Positions 9,745-18,872 of a stretch of DNA of 64,000 bases are shown in pieces (the first letter of the stretch is position 1; every line of letters begins with the position of its first letter). The position numbers were made by a program, and so were the translations under genes. The notes under the pieces are model-generated. The model was not told where the DNA came from. It did no database searches and worked only from the letters and a program-made list of their open reading frames with translations. Origin of the DNA: Candidatus Komeilibacteria bacterium S5_K13 (GTDB lineage Bacteria; Patescibacteriota; Patescibacteriia; UBA1558; S5-K13); contig JAEHGL010000001.1 of NCBI GenBank assembly GCA_019248485.1, positions 11,446-75,445 on the forward strand, written 5' to 3'.

Positions 9745-10821
9745 TTATTTTTTTATTTCTCTAAGTCCCGTAAATATATTACTTCCACTATCTTTATCAA
9801 TTAGAATACTGTATATTAGATTTTGACTTGGAAACTTAACACTTATCCATTCTTTTCCCCCATCTATACTTCTATAAAAAGCATTCAATGTAGAATAATA
9901 AATTTCTTGTGAATTATTTGGATTAATTGCTAATCCATAAATATCGACTGCGTTTGATTTTGATAAAAGCTTTAAAGCGCGCCAAGAATTACCACCATTA
10001 TCAGAAATAAACAATCCGTATTGACTTGCATATATAATTGAATCTTCCTTTGACGAATCAAGTGTCATAGCCCTAAAAGATTTTACACCCCTTGGCATAA
10101 CTTCGACATCTTTTTCAACTTCTTTTATTGATTCTGTTATGTCTCTCCAATTTCCTCCATTATCATCTGATTTATATATGCCATTACTCTTTAATCCAAT
10201 ATATATCTTCTTAGAATCTTTTGGATTTATCAAAACTTGATTTACAGAAGAATCAAAACTCTTTAATACGCTCCATTGATATCCCCCATCACTACTTCTA
10301 AGTAATCTTCCGTCACTTATTCCGATGTAAACCATCTGCGTATTAAATGGATCTATGTCTATTGTTTTCAAACTTTTTCCAGACTCAGTGTATGTGTCCT
10401 TCCATTTCCTTGCACAATCAGTGCTTTTGTACAAAACATTACTAACAAGTGCGTAAATAGTGCAAGAATCTTTTGGATCTATTGCAACATCATTTATAAC
10501 ACCCTTTGAAATTAATGTTCTTTGCCATGAGTCCCCCTTGTCTAAAGAATAAAACAATCCGTGCTCTAGCGTTCCTGCATAAATAGTTTTTGAATCGTTC
10601 GGATCTAATTTTAAAAATGTAATCTGAGAACTGTTAAAAAAGGCTCTTGTCTCACCTATATTCAAAAGCTCTGTTTTAGATACCCATTTTGAACCTTTGT
10701 CATAACTTACAAATATTCCTAGTGGCTGACTCTTTTTCATAGATAGATTAAGACTACAAGCTGAAAGCGTGATTCCCAAAGATAGAATCAAAAATACATT
10801 TATAATTTTCCTATAATTCAT
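9745..10821 (-). CDS. Lipoprotein with BNR/Asp-box (SxDxGxxW) repeats. Sortilin/Ycf48-like beta-propeller.
   Basis: Lipobox LSAC. There are seven or more S-x-D-x-G-x-x-W repeats (SYDKGSKW, SLDKGDSW, SSDGGYQW, SDDNGGNW, SDNGGNSW, SIDGGKEW). Confidence 0.6.
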   Translation of the reverse strand: MNYRKIINVFLILSLGITLSACSLNLSMKKSQPLGIFVSYDKGSKWVSKTELLNIGETRAFFNSSQITFLKLDPNDSKTIYAGTLEHGLFYSLDKGDSWQRTLISKGVINDVAIDPKDSCTIYALVSNVLYKSTDCARKWKDTYTESGKSLKTIDIDPFNTQMVYIGISDGRLLRSSDGGYQWSVLKSFDSSVNQVLINPKDSKKIYIGLKSNGIYKSDDNGGNWRDITESIKEVEKDVEVMPRGVKSFRAMTLDSSKEDSIIYASQYGLFISDNGGNSWRALKLLSKSNAVDIYGLAINPNNSQEIYYSTLNAFYRSIDGGKEWISVKFPSQNLIYSILIDKDSGSNIFTGLREIKK

Positions 10822-10850
10822 ATTTTTTTGCCCCGCCCTGGGCGGGATGT

Positions 10851-11861
10851 TTATATTATTAAAATATTTTCCAAAATAATCCTAGGATTTACATTTTGAA
10901 AAATCATTTTTTTAGCACTTAAAATATTTTTATAAAAATTAATAAGCTCTTCATAACTAAACTTTCTTGAAACTTTTGAAATAGACCCCTTTAGAAACTC
11001 GTGTATTAATTCAATTTCTGGATCTAGTTTAAAAACAATTAAATCCCTTGCAATTTTTAGATAATTATCTAACAAATTTTCAAAATATACATATTGATTG
11101 TCTTTGCTGCCGTTTTTTTTGATAATACTTTCAACCCAAAAAAATTTTTCATTAAGCGAGTTATCCATTATTTCAAGCATTTGGGAAAGATTAGTTTTTT
11201 GAATATTCCAACCTTCTTGATCTTTAAAATAATGAAGCGCTATCCCTGGGGATCCTCCTGCAAATTTGGATAGTTCTTTGGAAATATCGCCACCCGCACC
11301 AAGAGATTTCAAATTTTCATAAATTTCATCATCCGATACATTATTGAAAATAATATTTTGACTGCGCGATCTAATAGTTGGCAAAATATTTTCTATTTTC
11401 TCAGCTATTAAAATTATCATAGAGCTCTTACTTGGTTCTTCAATTGTTTTTAGTAGCGCATTGGCAGATTCTTTATTTAATGAGTCGGCATTGTTGATGA
11501 GTCCGATTTTGTATTTTGATCTCATTGGTGTTCTAGACATTCTATTTTGAAAATCTCTTACTTGTTCTATTGAAATATTTTTCTTTCCCTCTTCTCTATC
11601 GACATATATATAATCTGGATGAGAAAGCTTTGATATTTCAATACAATCATTACAATGATTACATGGAATAGAATTTCTGTCCGAACAAAAAATAGATTTC
11701 ACAAAAAGATCGGCCATTGTCTTCTTGCCAATATCACGAGGTCCGGTAAATAAATATGTATGTAAAAAGTCTTGTTTTTCTATGAGCCTTTCCAGATATT
11801 TGACTATGTTTTGATGTCCTAAAATAGGCCAATTCATATTTTGACTAATATCATTTTCCAT
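10851..11861 (-). CDS. holB: DNA polymerase III delta-prime subunit-like AAA+ protein (HolB; a short DnaX is the alternative).
   Basis: GPRDIGKKT P-loop-like segment, a Cys4 zinc module (CNHCNDC) and an SRS/sensor region. Confidence 0.55.
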   Translation of the reverse strand: MENDISQNMNWPILGHQNIVKYLERLIEKQDFLHTYLFTGPRDIGKKTMADLFVKSIFCSDRNSIPCNHCNDCIEISKLSHPDYIYVDREEGKKNISIEQVRDFQNRMSRTPMRSKYKIGLINNADSLNKESANALLKTIEEPSKSSMIILIAEKIENILPTIRSRSQNIIFNNVSDDEIYENLKSLGAGGDISKELSKFAGGSPGIALHYFKDQEGWNIQKTNLSQMLEIMDNSLNEKFFWVESIIKKNGSKDNQYVYFENLLDNYLKIARDLIVFKLDPEIELIHEFLKGSISKVSRKFSYEELINFYKNILSAKKMIFQNVNPRIILENILII

Positions 11862-11899
11862 ATTTTTAAGAATAGCAAATTTTCGACTAAATTACTACC

Positions 11900-13380
11900 C
11901 TGACATCACCTCAGAGGTGCATCACCTCAGAGGTGTTTAGCTGTGGATAACTACTATTGACAATAACTCTATGACATGCTATGTTACTTTATTGTACATT
12001 AACAATTCACTTCAAATTAACAGCAAGAAAAATGTAGAAGACTCTTTAAGAGGAGCTAATCTTTGGCGCCTTGAAAATAAACAAATTGCCATTTTAGCCA
12101 CTCTTCTACAGCTTTCTTGCTGTTAAAAAGGCTCCCTCTGTCAGAGATATTAGTTGACTAAGGAGCCATGATAAAGATGCCGCTTCCCTTAATTCTTTAT
12201 CCGAAATCAACAGAATTCAATTATTAAATAGGTGTTGATTGGTAGATAGAGGATGTTTCCCAACAATGGAGGTAACATGAGTATTCGGGGACAGCCCTAG
12301 ATTCCAAAATAAAAACAATCCCCCGAGACTTGGGGGAAATTCCGAATAGAAAAATTTTTTTGACAAAAGACATCCCTTGCTCCATTCTCCCCTAAAAGCA
12401 CATTACTACACATTAGAGGGATTTTACGGAAGCATGGGTAATATCTTTTGTCACCCGTCTTGTGGTCTTCGCGTCTGTTCAATGCTCTCGAGTTTTTAGC
12501 AAAGATCATTAGACACCCCTGGTGCCCCCATACGCACAGTAAGCGCACTCCCAACAATTGTTGGGAGTGAAAAAAGCGCTACGATATGTGCTGCTGGTTC
12601 TTTGAACCTGCCCTATAGCACTCAGAAATAGCGATGGGGGCTCACCAGAAAAACACCAAAGGCAACCTAGCAATTTTCCGGCTAATCCATGGTAACTCCG
12701 TTTTTTTTAGCGGTAATATCCATAGACAAAACCGGCCTAGGATGCCCGAGTGTGCGGACCAAAAGACTGTTAAGGGTTTACCTAAGGGCGCCCTTTCGCA
12801 CCTAGCTTGGTGCGAGCACAGTTTTGGCCACACGCGGCGACCCATGTCCCTGGCGCCTTCGCTCAATTGCTCATCGGGCTAAAACCTCCGATAAGAGCTA
12901 GAGAATCGTATTGCGAAGGCGCCTAATTCAATCAGTTCACATTGGTCCTTTATTGGATCAAACGGACCAAGGCCTAAAAAGCCCCGGCCTGTGCCAGCAG
13001 AAAGCTGACCAAGGCTCTCAAGTCCGAACCCAATGTGAACTCAAACCCCATTCTCTTTGGGGCTTGAATCGATAAGCGTAAAACAAATTACGCAAGTTGT
13101 TTACAAGCCCCCTTGAGATTTCAAGAAACAACCCCCGCAGTCTAATTGACTAGAGGGGTTAATGAAAGAAACATAAGTTTCTGAGAACCTCACGCCGAGG
13201 AATAATGCCTCTAGATAGAGTGTTCTCAGGGAAGACCGTCCAGAAGTCCTTCTGGACTCTAAACGACAACAAGCTTGACTGTAACCGAAAGGTACAGCCC
13301 GCCACGTCGTTAGACTCCTTAGGACTTCTGGAAAATTTTAACTAAGACCCGTAATACACTGTGGTCTTTTTTATTTGTCA
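11900..13380. ncRNA. Large GC-rich (~50% GC), hairpin-dense noncoding locus. Candidate structured RNA(s) of unknown family; strand unresolved.
   Basis: No credible ORF (the three track ORFs overlap each other on both strands). There are many perfect hairpins, for example CACTCCCAACAATTGTTGGGAGTG, GGCGCCTTCGC...GCGAAGGCGCC, and a long-range pair GTTCACATTGG/CCAATGTGAAC. A + strand promoter-like site sits at about 11957-11985 and a terminator at 13345-13377. Confidence 0.4.
13345..13377 (+). terminator. Hairpin AGACC-N13-GGTCT followed by a T-run.
   Basis: Stem-loop plus TTTTTTATTT at the 3' edge of the GC-rich locus. Confidence 0.45.
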
Positions 13381-13424
13381 GAAACCGACCCTGAGGGTCG
13401 ACCTAAAAATCTGCTCTTGACGAT

Positions 13425-13455
13425 TATATTTATATGTGATAAAATGCTACATTAA
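13425..13455 (+). promoter_or_regulatory. Sigma70-like promoter (TTGACG -17- TAAAAT) upstream of the beta-barrel gene.
   Basis: TTGACGATTATATTTATATGTGATAAAATG, followed by a strong SD AGGGAGG 6 nt before the ATG at 13481. Confidence 0.5.
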
Positions 13456-13480
13456 ATAAAATCAATAAAGGGAGGATATC

Positions 13481-14452
13481 ATGAAAAAAATGATATTTAT
13501 CATCATGTCAGTCTGCCTATTCGCAGGTTTAGTGGCACAAACAACACCCACCACCTCACCCACATTTTATGGGAAACTAATGATGGGAACATGGTACAAT
13601 ACTGGAAATAGTACTTTTTCTGAGCAGATGTATTCCAACTCTCGTCTTGGTATCAGATGGAATAATGGACATTCTTATGACTTCATAGGGGAGATGGGAA
13701 TGAGTCCCAACGGTATTGTGTTAAGAAAACTGACATGCGTCATGAATATCTGGAATGGTTGCGATCTCAAAATTGGGAATGATTGGTTTAGTGGACTTGA
13801 TCAATGCACTAATGGAGCAACTGGCCCCACTTATACATCTGATAGCCCTACAGAATCTGGTCCTGCAGTAATTGCCAGAACACCACAGATAACATTGATA
13901 CACAATGATTTGTATCTTAGTTTTCTACCGGGTATAACGGTTAATCCAACCGGAACAGAGACAACAAAAAGCATTCCCAGACTGGCTGTCTCAAAAAAGG
14001 TTAAAATCTTAGACGTAAATTTTACTCCTGCATTATCCTATGGACATTACTGGGATAAACAAAATTCTTATAATGCCTGGGTGGTCTGTATCACAGCTAA
14101 AAGTAAAATTTTTGATTACGACATTACTACACAAGGATTTATAGCCAATAATTTTGGCGATTTGGGTGGATTAAGTATTGCTCAATCTAACGCAACTGCT
14201 ATTAATCAAAATATTCAATCAGGTGGTGCTTTTGCACAAATTAGATATCAAAACTTTTATGTAGGTGCTGGATATACCAAAAATAAAACAATGGAAACAG
14301 ACGCCGGTACCACGTTTTTCCAATATAACAAAACCATGTGGAAAAATGGAAACATTACATTAACACTAACTCCTGAAATGGGATTGTTCTTTGGAGATAA
14401 TGTCTCCAAAAACACTTTATATTTCGGAAGTAAGTGGACAGCCCAATTCTAA
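13481..14452 (+). CDS. Secreted protein resembling an outer-membrane beta-barrel/porin (C-terminal Phe, alternating hydrophobic strands). GC content is higher than its neighbours.
   Basis: Signal peptide MKKMIFIIMSVCLFAGLVAQ. C-terminus ...YFGSKWTAQF. Strong SD. ~40% GC. Confidence 0.5.
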   Translation: MKKMIFIIMSVCLFAGLVAQTTPTTSPTFYGKLMMGTWYNTGNSTFSEQMYSNSRLGIRWNNGHSYDFIGEMGMSPNGIVLRKLTCVMNIWNGCDLKIGNDWFSGLDQCTNGATGPTYTSDSPTESGPAVIARTPQITLIHNDLYLSFLPGITVNPTGTETTKSIPRLAVSKKVKILDVNFTPALSYGHYWDKQNSYNAWVVCITAKSKIFDYDITTQGFIANNFGDLGGLSIAQSNATAINQNIQSGGAFAQIRYQNFYVGAGYTKNKTMETDAGTTFFQYNKTMWKNGNITLTLTPEMGLFFGDNVSKNTLYFGSKWTAQF

Positions 14453-14475
14453 TCAAGCTGTTAATAAAACATAAA

Positions 14476-14500
14476 ACGGGCTCCATGAGTCCGTTTTTTT
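14476..14500. terminator. Bidirectional intrinsic terminator between the 13481 gene (+) and rnhA (-).
   Basis: AACGGGCTCCATGAGTCCGTTTTTTT, with an A-run on the other side. Confidence 0.55.
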
Positions 14501-14518
14501 CTTATCTCAAAATTAATG

Positions 14519-14917
14519 TCAGATATTGTCCAATGCCTCATTCACAAGCGCATCAGCTTCTTGATTTTTTTCACGTGGTACATGGTGAAAACTAATTTTT
14601 TTAAAACCAATAGCGATATTCCAAATTTGTACAAAAATTATTGCTAATCCCTTATCTTTTACCTTATATTCTCTTTTCATTTGCTTTACAACAAGCTCAC
14701 TATCTAAATAACATTCTACTATTTCTGCATTATGTTTTTTTGCAATCTCTAGTGCTTTAAGAAGTGCACGATATTCTGCTTGATTATTAGTAGTTTTTCC
14801 AATACATTCTTTAAAAAAGTCAATTTTGTTTTTATTTTCATCATAAAGAACACCACCTATTGCAGCAGGGCCCGGATTGCCACGAGAACCACCATCTGTA
14901 AAAGTTATTATTTTCAT
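14519..14917 (-). CDS. rnhA: Ribonuclease HI.
   Basis: FTDGGSRGNPGPAAIGGV...AEYRALLKALE...HVPREKNQEADALVNEAL is the RNase H fold with the DEDD catalytic pattern. Confidence 0.75.
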   Translation of the reverse strand: MKIITFTDGGSRGNPGPAAIGGVLYDENKNKIDFFKECIGKTTNNQAEYRALLKALEIAKKHNAEIVECYLDSELVVKQMKREYKVKDKGLAIIFVQIWNIAIGFKKISFHHVPREKNQEADALVNEALDNI

Positions 14918-15044
14918 AATATTAGAAATAACAAATTACAAATTACAATCATCAGATAAATTCCAATAAACAATATCAAATGACCATTTGAATATTGGAA
15001 TTTGTATATTATCTGTTATTTGGAATTTGAATATTACAATTTAA

Positions 15045-16763
15045 TTATTCAATCTTCTTAAAATCTAATAGATATATTTCCAAACTTCTATTTCCATTCC
15101 ACTCATTTACGCCAAGTTCTACTACTATATCAATTTTATCATTATTTTTTATATCAACAAAATTTTTGCTCATAGAAAATCCAACTACTTTTTTTACTGT
15201 TCCAAACTGATCCACCTGAAGACGTAAGTGATTATCCTCTTTTCCCATAAAACTAATATCATTTATTTTACAATCTTTTATCAGGAACTTTGGTCTGCTA
15301 TTTTCCATCCCAAATGGCTCAAACTTTTCCAAATAATCCCACAGATCCCAATCAATATCTGATAAGTTTATCTCACAATCAAGTGTTGTGCTAGGAGACA
15401 ATTCCAAATCTTTTAACCTTTTTCTAACATCAATTTCGATCAAATTTCGTACCTCTTCAAAATTTTCTTCTTTTACGGATAATCCAGCTGCTGATTTATG
15501 CCCTCCAAAACGCTCTAACTTATCTGCAACCTTGGTTATTACTTCCATAAGATCTATTTCATCAATTCCGCGAACAGATCCTGTCCACAATTTTCCATCA
15601 TGTCCAAAAACAAAACTTGGTCTATAATATTCTTGAGACAATTTTCCAGCAACAAGCCCCACTACTCCAAGATTCCAACTTTTATCATATACCCAAATTA
15701 ACTTCGTATCTTTGTCTACGCAATCAAGCTGACTTTTTGCTTGTGATAAAATTTTATTTGTAATATCTTGTCTTTTTCTATTGTTTAAGTTTAGCTCATT
15801 TGCAATTTCAATGGCTCTTTCTAGATTTTTGGTTCTAACAAGCTCAAATGAAGTATTTGCATGATCTATACGGCCAGCAGAGTTAATACGAGGCCCTATT
15901 TGAAATCCTATTGTAGTGCTATTTATTTTTTCTACATTTGTTCCCGATATTTCATATAACTTTTCAAGTCCAAGTCTTCTTGTTTTTTTCATCACCATAA
16001 GTCCATACTTAACAAGTGTTCTGTTTTCCCCAACAAGAGGCACCATATCAGCAACAGTTCCTATGGCAACTAAATCCAATAACCATTTTTCTGCGATTTC
16101 CTTGTCTTTGTCTGATAAATGACATTTTTCACTTTGCAAAATTCCTACAGCAAACTTATATGCAATACCTACTCCTGCTAAAATATGAAATGGATATTTT
16201 GTCTCTCTCTTTAGCCCTGCATGAATAATTGCATAAGCATTTGGTAGTGTTTCAGGCTCCTTATGATGATCGGTAATAATAACATCAATATTATTCTTAT
16301 TAAACAACTCTACTTCTTCTATATTTGTAATAGCGCAATCGCATGTAATTATCAAATTAAATTTTCTATCTATAATCTCTTGGACAGAGCTCATATTAAG
16401 TCCATAGCCCTCCTTTTCTCTCTGAGGAATATAAACACCTGCTCTTATTCCAATGCTTTCTAATACCTCTACTAGAAGTGCAGAGCTAGTTACACCATCA
16501 GCGTCATAATCACCATAGACAAGCACCTCTTCTTTATTTTCAAGTGCTTTATATACACGCTCCACTGCTTTTTTCATATCAATCAGCAAATATGGATCGT
16601 GGGTATCGTCAATATAATCAGCATTAAAAAACTCATCTATAGCAACTTGAGTATCTATTTTTCTATTTTGGAGCAGCTGCAAAACTATAGGATTCAAATT
16701 TGGAAACCCCTTAATAAATTCTTCACTAATTTTTGGCAAAACATGCCATTTCTTTTTCATCAT
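15045..16763 (-). CDS. recJ: Single-stranded-DNA-specific exonuclease RecJ.
   Basis: DHH motifs (VYGDYDADGVTS, ITDHH) and the DHHA1 C-terminal domain (GGHKSAAG). Confidence 0.85.
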   Translation of the reverse strand: MMKKKWHVLPKISEEFIKGFPNLNPIVLQLLQNRKIDTQVAIDEFFNADYIDDTHDPYLLIDMKKAVERVYKALENKEEVLVYGDYDADGVTSSALLVEVLESIGIRAGVYIPQREKEGYGLNMSSVQEIIDRKFNLIITCDCAITNIEEVELFNKNNIDVIITDHHKEPETLPNAYAIIHAGLKRETKYPFHILAGVGIAYKFAVGILQSEKCHLSDKDKEIAEKWLLDLVAIGTVADMVPLVGENRTLVKYGLMVMKKTRRLGLEKLYEISGTNVEKINSTTIGFQIGPRINSAGRIDHANTSFELVRTKNLERAIEIANELNLNNRKRQDITNKILSQAKSQLDCVDKDTKLIWVYDKSWNLGVVGLVAGKLSQEYYRPSFVFGHDGKLWTGSVRGIDEIDLMEVITKVADKLERFGGHKSAAGLSVKEENFEEVRNLIEIDVRKRLKDLELSPSTTLDCEINLSDIDWDLWDYLEKFEPFGMENSRPKFLIKDCKINDISFMGKEDNHLRLQVDQFGTVKKVVGFSMSKNFVDIKNNDKIDIVVELGVNEWNGNRSLEIYLLDFKKIE

Positions 16764-16790
16764 ATAAAGATTATAGTTGAAATATTGAAA

Positions 16791-16818
16791 TTAGGCAAAA
16801 TAAAAACGGGCAACCCGT
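16791..16818 (-). terminator. Intrinsic terminator after the ferredoxin gene.
   Basis: On the minus strand, ACGGGTTGCCCGT is followed by TTTTTATTTT. Confidence 0.55.
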
Positions 16819-16852
16819 CTCTATATAAAAACTAAACCCTAAATGCTAAATA

Positions 16853-17077
16853 CTAACCCCCTATTTTAATAGCACCATCTGGACAAATTCGCTCACAAGC
16901 TTTGCATTGAATACATAAATCAATATTACATTCTACAGTATCATTACCATATACCCCTCTATTATTGTCTTTTAGGGCAAGGCATTTTTTAGGACATATC
17001 TCTACACAAAGGCTACAGCCCTTGCAGTATTTGAAGTTGTTTATAAATATTTTATTTTCTTTTTGTGTTTTGTACAT
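16853..17077 (-). CDS. 2x[4Fe-4S] ferredoxin.
   Basis: Two CxxCxxCxxxCP motifs (CKGCSLCVEICP and CIQCKACERICP). Confidence 0.75.
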   Translation of the reverse strand: MYKTQKENKIFINNFKYCKGCSLCVEICPKKCLALKDNNRGVYGNDTVECNIDLCIQCKACERICPDGAIKIGG

Positions 17078-17080
17078 TGG

Positions 17081-17186
17081 GTTGGGTGGTTAGAAGGTTT
17101 CAGCCAGAGGCTGATCCGCCTTTGGCGGAAGATGGTTAGAGGGTTAGGTGGTTAGTAATCTATTCTAACCCTACTAACCTCACTAA
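17081..17186. repeat. GGTTAG/CTAACC hairpin element. The left arm is rich in GGTTAG, the right arm in CTAACC(C/T)TACTAACC.
   Basis: GGTTAGAGGGTTAGGTGGTTAG...TTCTAACCCTACTAACCTCACTAATC. Related copies lie at 30311-30378 and 30797-30866. Confidence 0.7.
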
Positions 17187-17195
17187 TCTACTGAC

Positions 17196-18017
17196 CTAAT
17201 ATTTAACTTGTATCATTGAACCATCTTTATCAAGACGTATTCGCGCTGTAAGTTTTAATGGAAATAATTCTACGACAACGCCTTCTCCGTCTTTTGTTTT
17301 TACTTTATCTCCAATTTGAGGAAGTTTTAATATTAATTCTTGATAATTTTTTTCTTCATAAGCCAAACAGCACTTAAGTCTTCCGCACATTCCTGATAAC
17401 TTGTCTAAACCTCGATGAGCAATTTGCTGATCTCTTGCAAAGCCGGTATTAATACTTTCTAATCTTTTTAAAAATCTCTTGCAACAAAGCACTTGCCCGC
17501 AATCACCAATATCTCCACACAATTTTGCTTCATCTCTTACACCAAGTTGATATAGTCTGATTTTTTTCTTATATTTTTTGGACAGTTCTTTTACAAGTTC
17601 ACGAAAATCAACGCGACCATCAGCAATAAAAGAAAAAACCATAACACCTTCGTCATACGCAATATGAATGTCTGATAATTTCATATCAATATCATACTTT
17701 TTGACGATTTTTCTAGATTCTCTTAATATTTTTTTGTTATTGAGATTGTTCTTTTTTACAATATCAATATCTTCATCTGTTGCAACTCTTATAACTTTTT
17801 CTATTTTTTTCTGATCAAAATCTTCTGGAATATTATCAATTATTTCTATTACTTCTCCAATATCCTCACCAATTGATATGTCAAAAATATATTTACTTCC
17901 TTTTTTAAGTTGTAAATCATTATCCTTTGCCTCATCAAACAAAAAATATCTCTCTTCATCCCAACTTATAAATTTTATTATCGCTGTTTTTAACCCGTTA
18001 GATGTGTTGTTATCCAT
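17196..18017 (-). CDS. ricT: PSP1 C-terminal domain protein (RicT/YaaT family).
   Basis: CGDIGDCGQVLCCKRF...GMCGRLKCCLAYE is the conserved Cys-rich PSP1 core. Confidence 0.7.
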   Translation of the reverse strand: MDNNTSNGLKTAIIKFISWDEERYFLFDEAKDNDLQLKKGSKYIFDISIGEDIGEVIEIIDNIPEDFDQKKIEKVIRVATDEDIDIVKKNNLNNKKILRESRKIVKKYDIDMKLSDIHIAYDEGVMVFSFIADGRVDFRELVKELSKKYKKKIRLYQLGVRDEAKLCGDIGDCGQVLCCKRFLKRLESINTGFARDQQIAHRGLDKLSGMCGRLKCCLAYEEKNYQELILKLPQIGDKVKTKDGEGVVVELFPLKLTARIRLDKDGSMIQVKY

Positions 18018-18127
18018 ATAATTGATTCTAGTTTAAATATTACGCCCATTTTGAGACCAGCTAATAAAACGAGATCTCTCGGGTTTCAATCCATTAGACA
18101 TATTATCTAACGGGTTTTCATAATTTG

Positions 18128-18829
18128 TTAAGAGACTATAGTGCCAATTTCTTCTCCGTTTACTGCTTTTAATAAATTTCCCGCTTCATTCTTAAAGACT
18201 CTTATTGTCATATGATTTTCCATTGCAAGAGCAAATGCTGTAAGATCCATAATCTTTAGCTTCTTTTCTAGTGTCTCAGTATAAGATAGTGAATCATATT
18301 TTATAGCATCGTCAAACTTGTTTGGGTCTTTATCATATATTCCGTCAACTTGAGTTGTCTTTAGAACTGCATCTACCTTCATTTCTACTGCTTTTAAAAT
18401 TGCTGCTGTATCAGTTGTAAAAAATGGATTTCCTGTTCCACCGCAAAAAACTAATACTTCTCCATTTTCCCAATATGTTTGAGCTTTTTTATTGGAATAT
18501 TTTTCTACAACACCCTCCATAGAAACACTTGAAAGAGCCCTTACTTTCATACCATTTTGTTTAAAAACGGCTTCAAGACACAATCCATTTAATATAGTAG
18601 CTAGCATGCCCATTGTATCTGATTCAACACGACCAATTTCATTATTTTCTACCATTCTAGCTCTAAAAATATTTCCGCCCCCAACAACGATTCCAATTTT
18701 TGTTCCAAGTTCATATACATCTTTGATTTCTTTTGCAATTTTATCTACTTTTTTAAAATCAAAAATAAACTCGTCATTAGATAGAGTTTCTCCTGATAAC
18801 TTAATAAGTATTTTTTCTAATTTTTTCAT
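18128..18829 (-). CDS. pyrH: UMP kinase.
   Basis: LIKLSGE...GIVVGGGNIFRA...FCGGTGNPFFTTDTAA motifs. Confidence 0.85.
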   Translation of the reverse strand: MKKLEKILIKLSGETLSNDEFIFDFKKVDKIAKEIKDVYELGTKIGIVVGGGNIFRARMVENNEIGRVESDTMGMLATILNGLCLEAVFKQNGMKVRALSSVSMEGVVEKYSNKKAQTYWENGEVLVFCGGTGNPFFTTDTAAILKAVEMKVDAVLKTTQVDGIYDKDPNKFDDAIKYDSLSYTETLEKKLKIMDLTAFALAMENHMTIRVFKNEAGNLLKAVNGEEIGTIVS

Positions 18830-18872
18830 AAACTTAAATCATAGTTAATTGTAAACTATAATTTAGTATATA

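Noticed and set aside
12297-12882. Three track ORFs (12297-12557 -, 12634-12882 +, 12642-12866 -) inside the GC-rich locus.
   Set aside because: They mutually overlap on opposite strands, have Arg/Cys/Trp-rich low-complexity composition with no motif, and lie in palindrome-dense sequence. Long open frames are expected by chance in GC-rich noncoding DNA.
17081-17186. Telomere-like (TTAGGG)n arrays considered as true telomeric repeats or a CRISPR-like array.
   Set aside because: The arrays are short (3-4 units) and imperfect, always paired with a complementary CTAACC arm forming a hairpin. They are embedded in operon spacers of a bacterial chromosome. No regular repeat-spacer periodicity and no cas genes are present.
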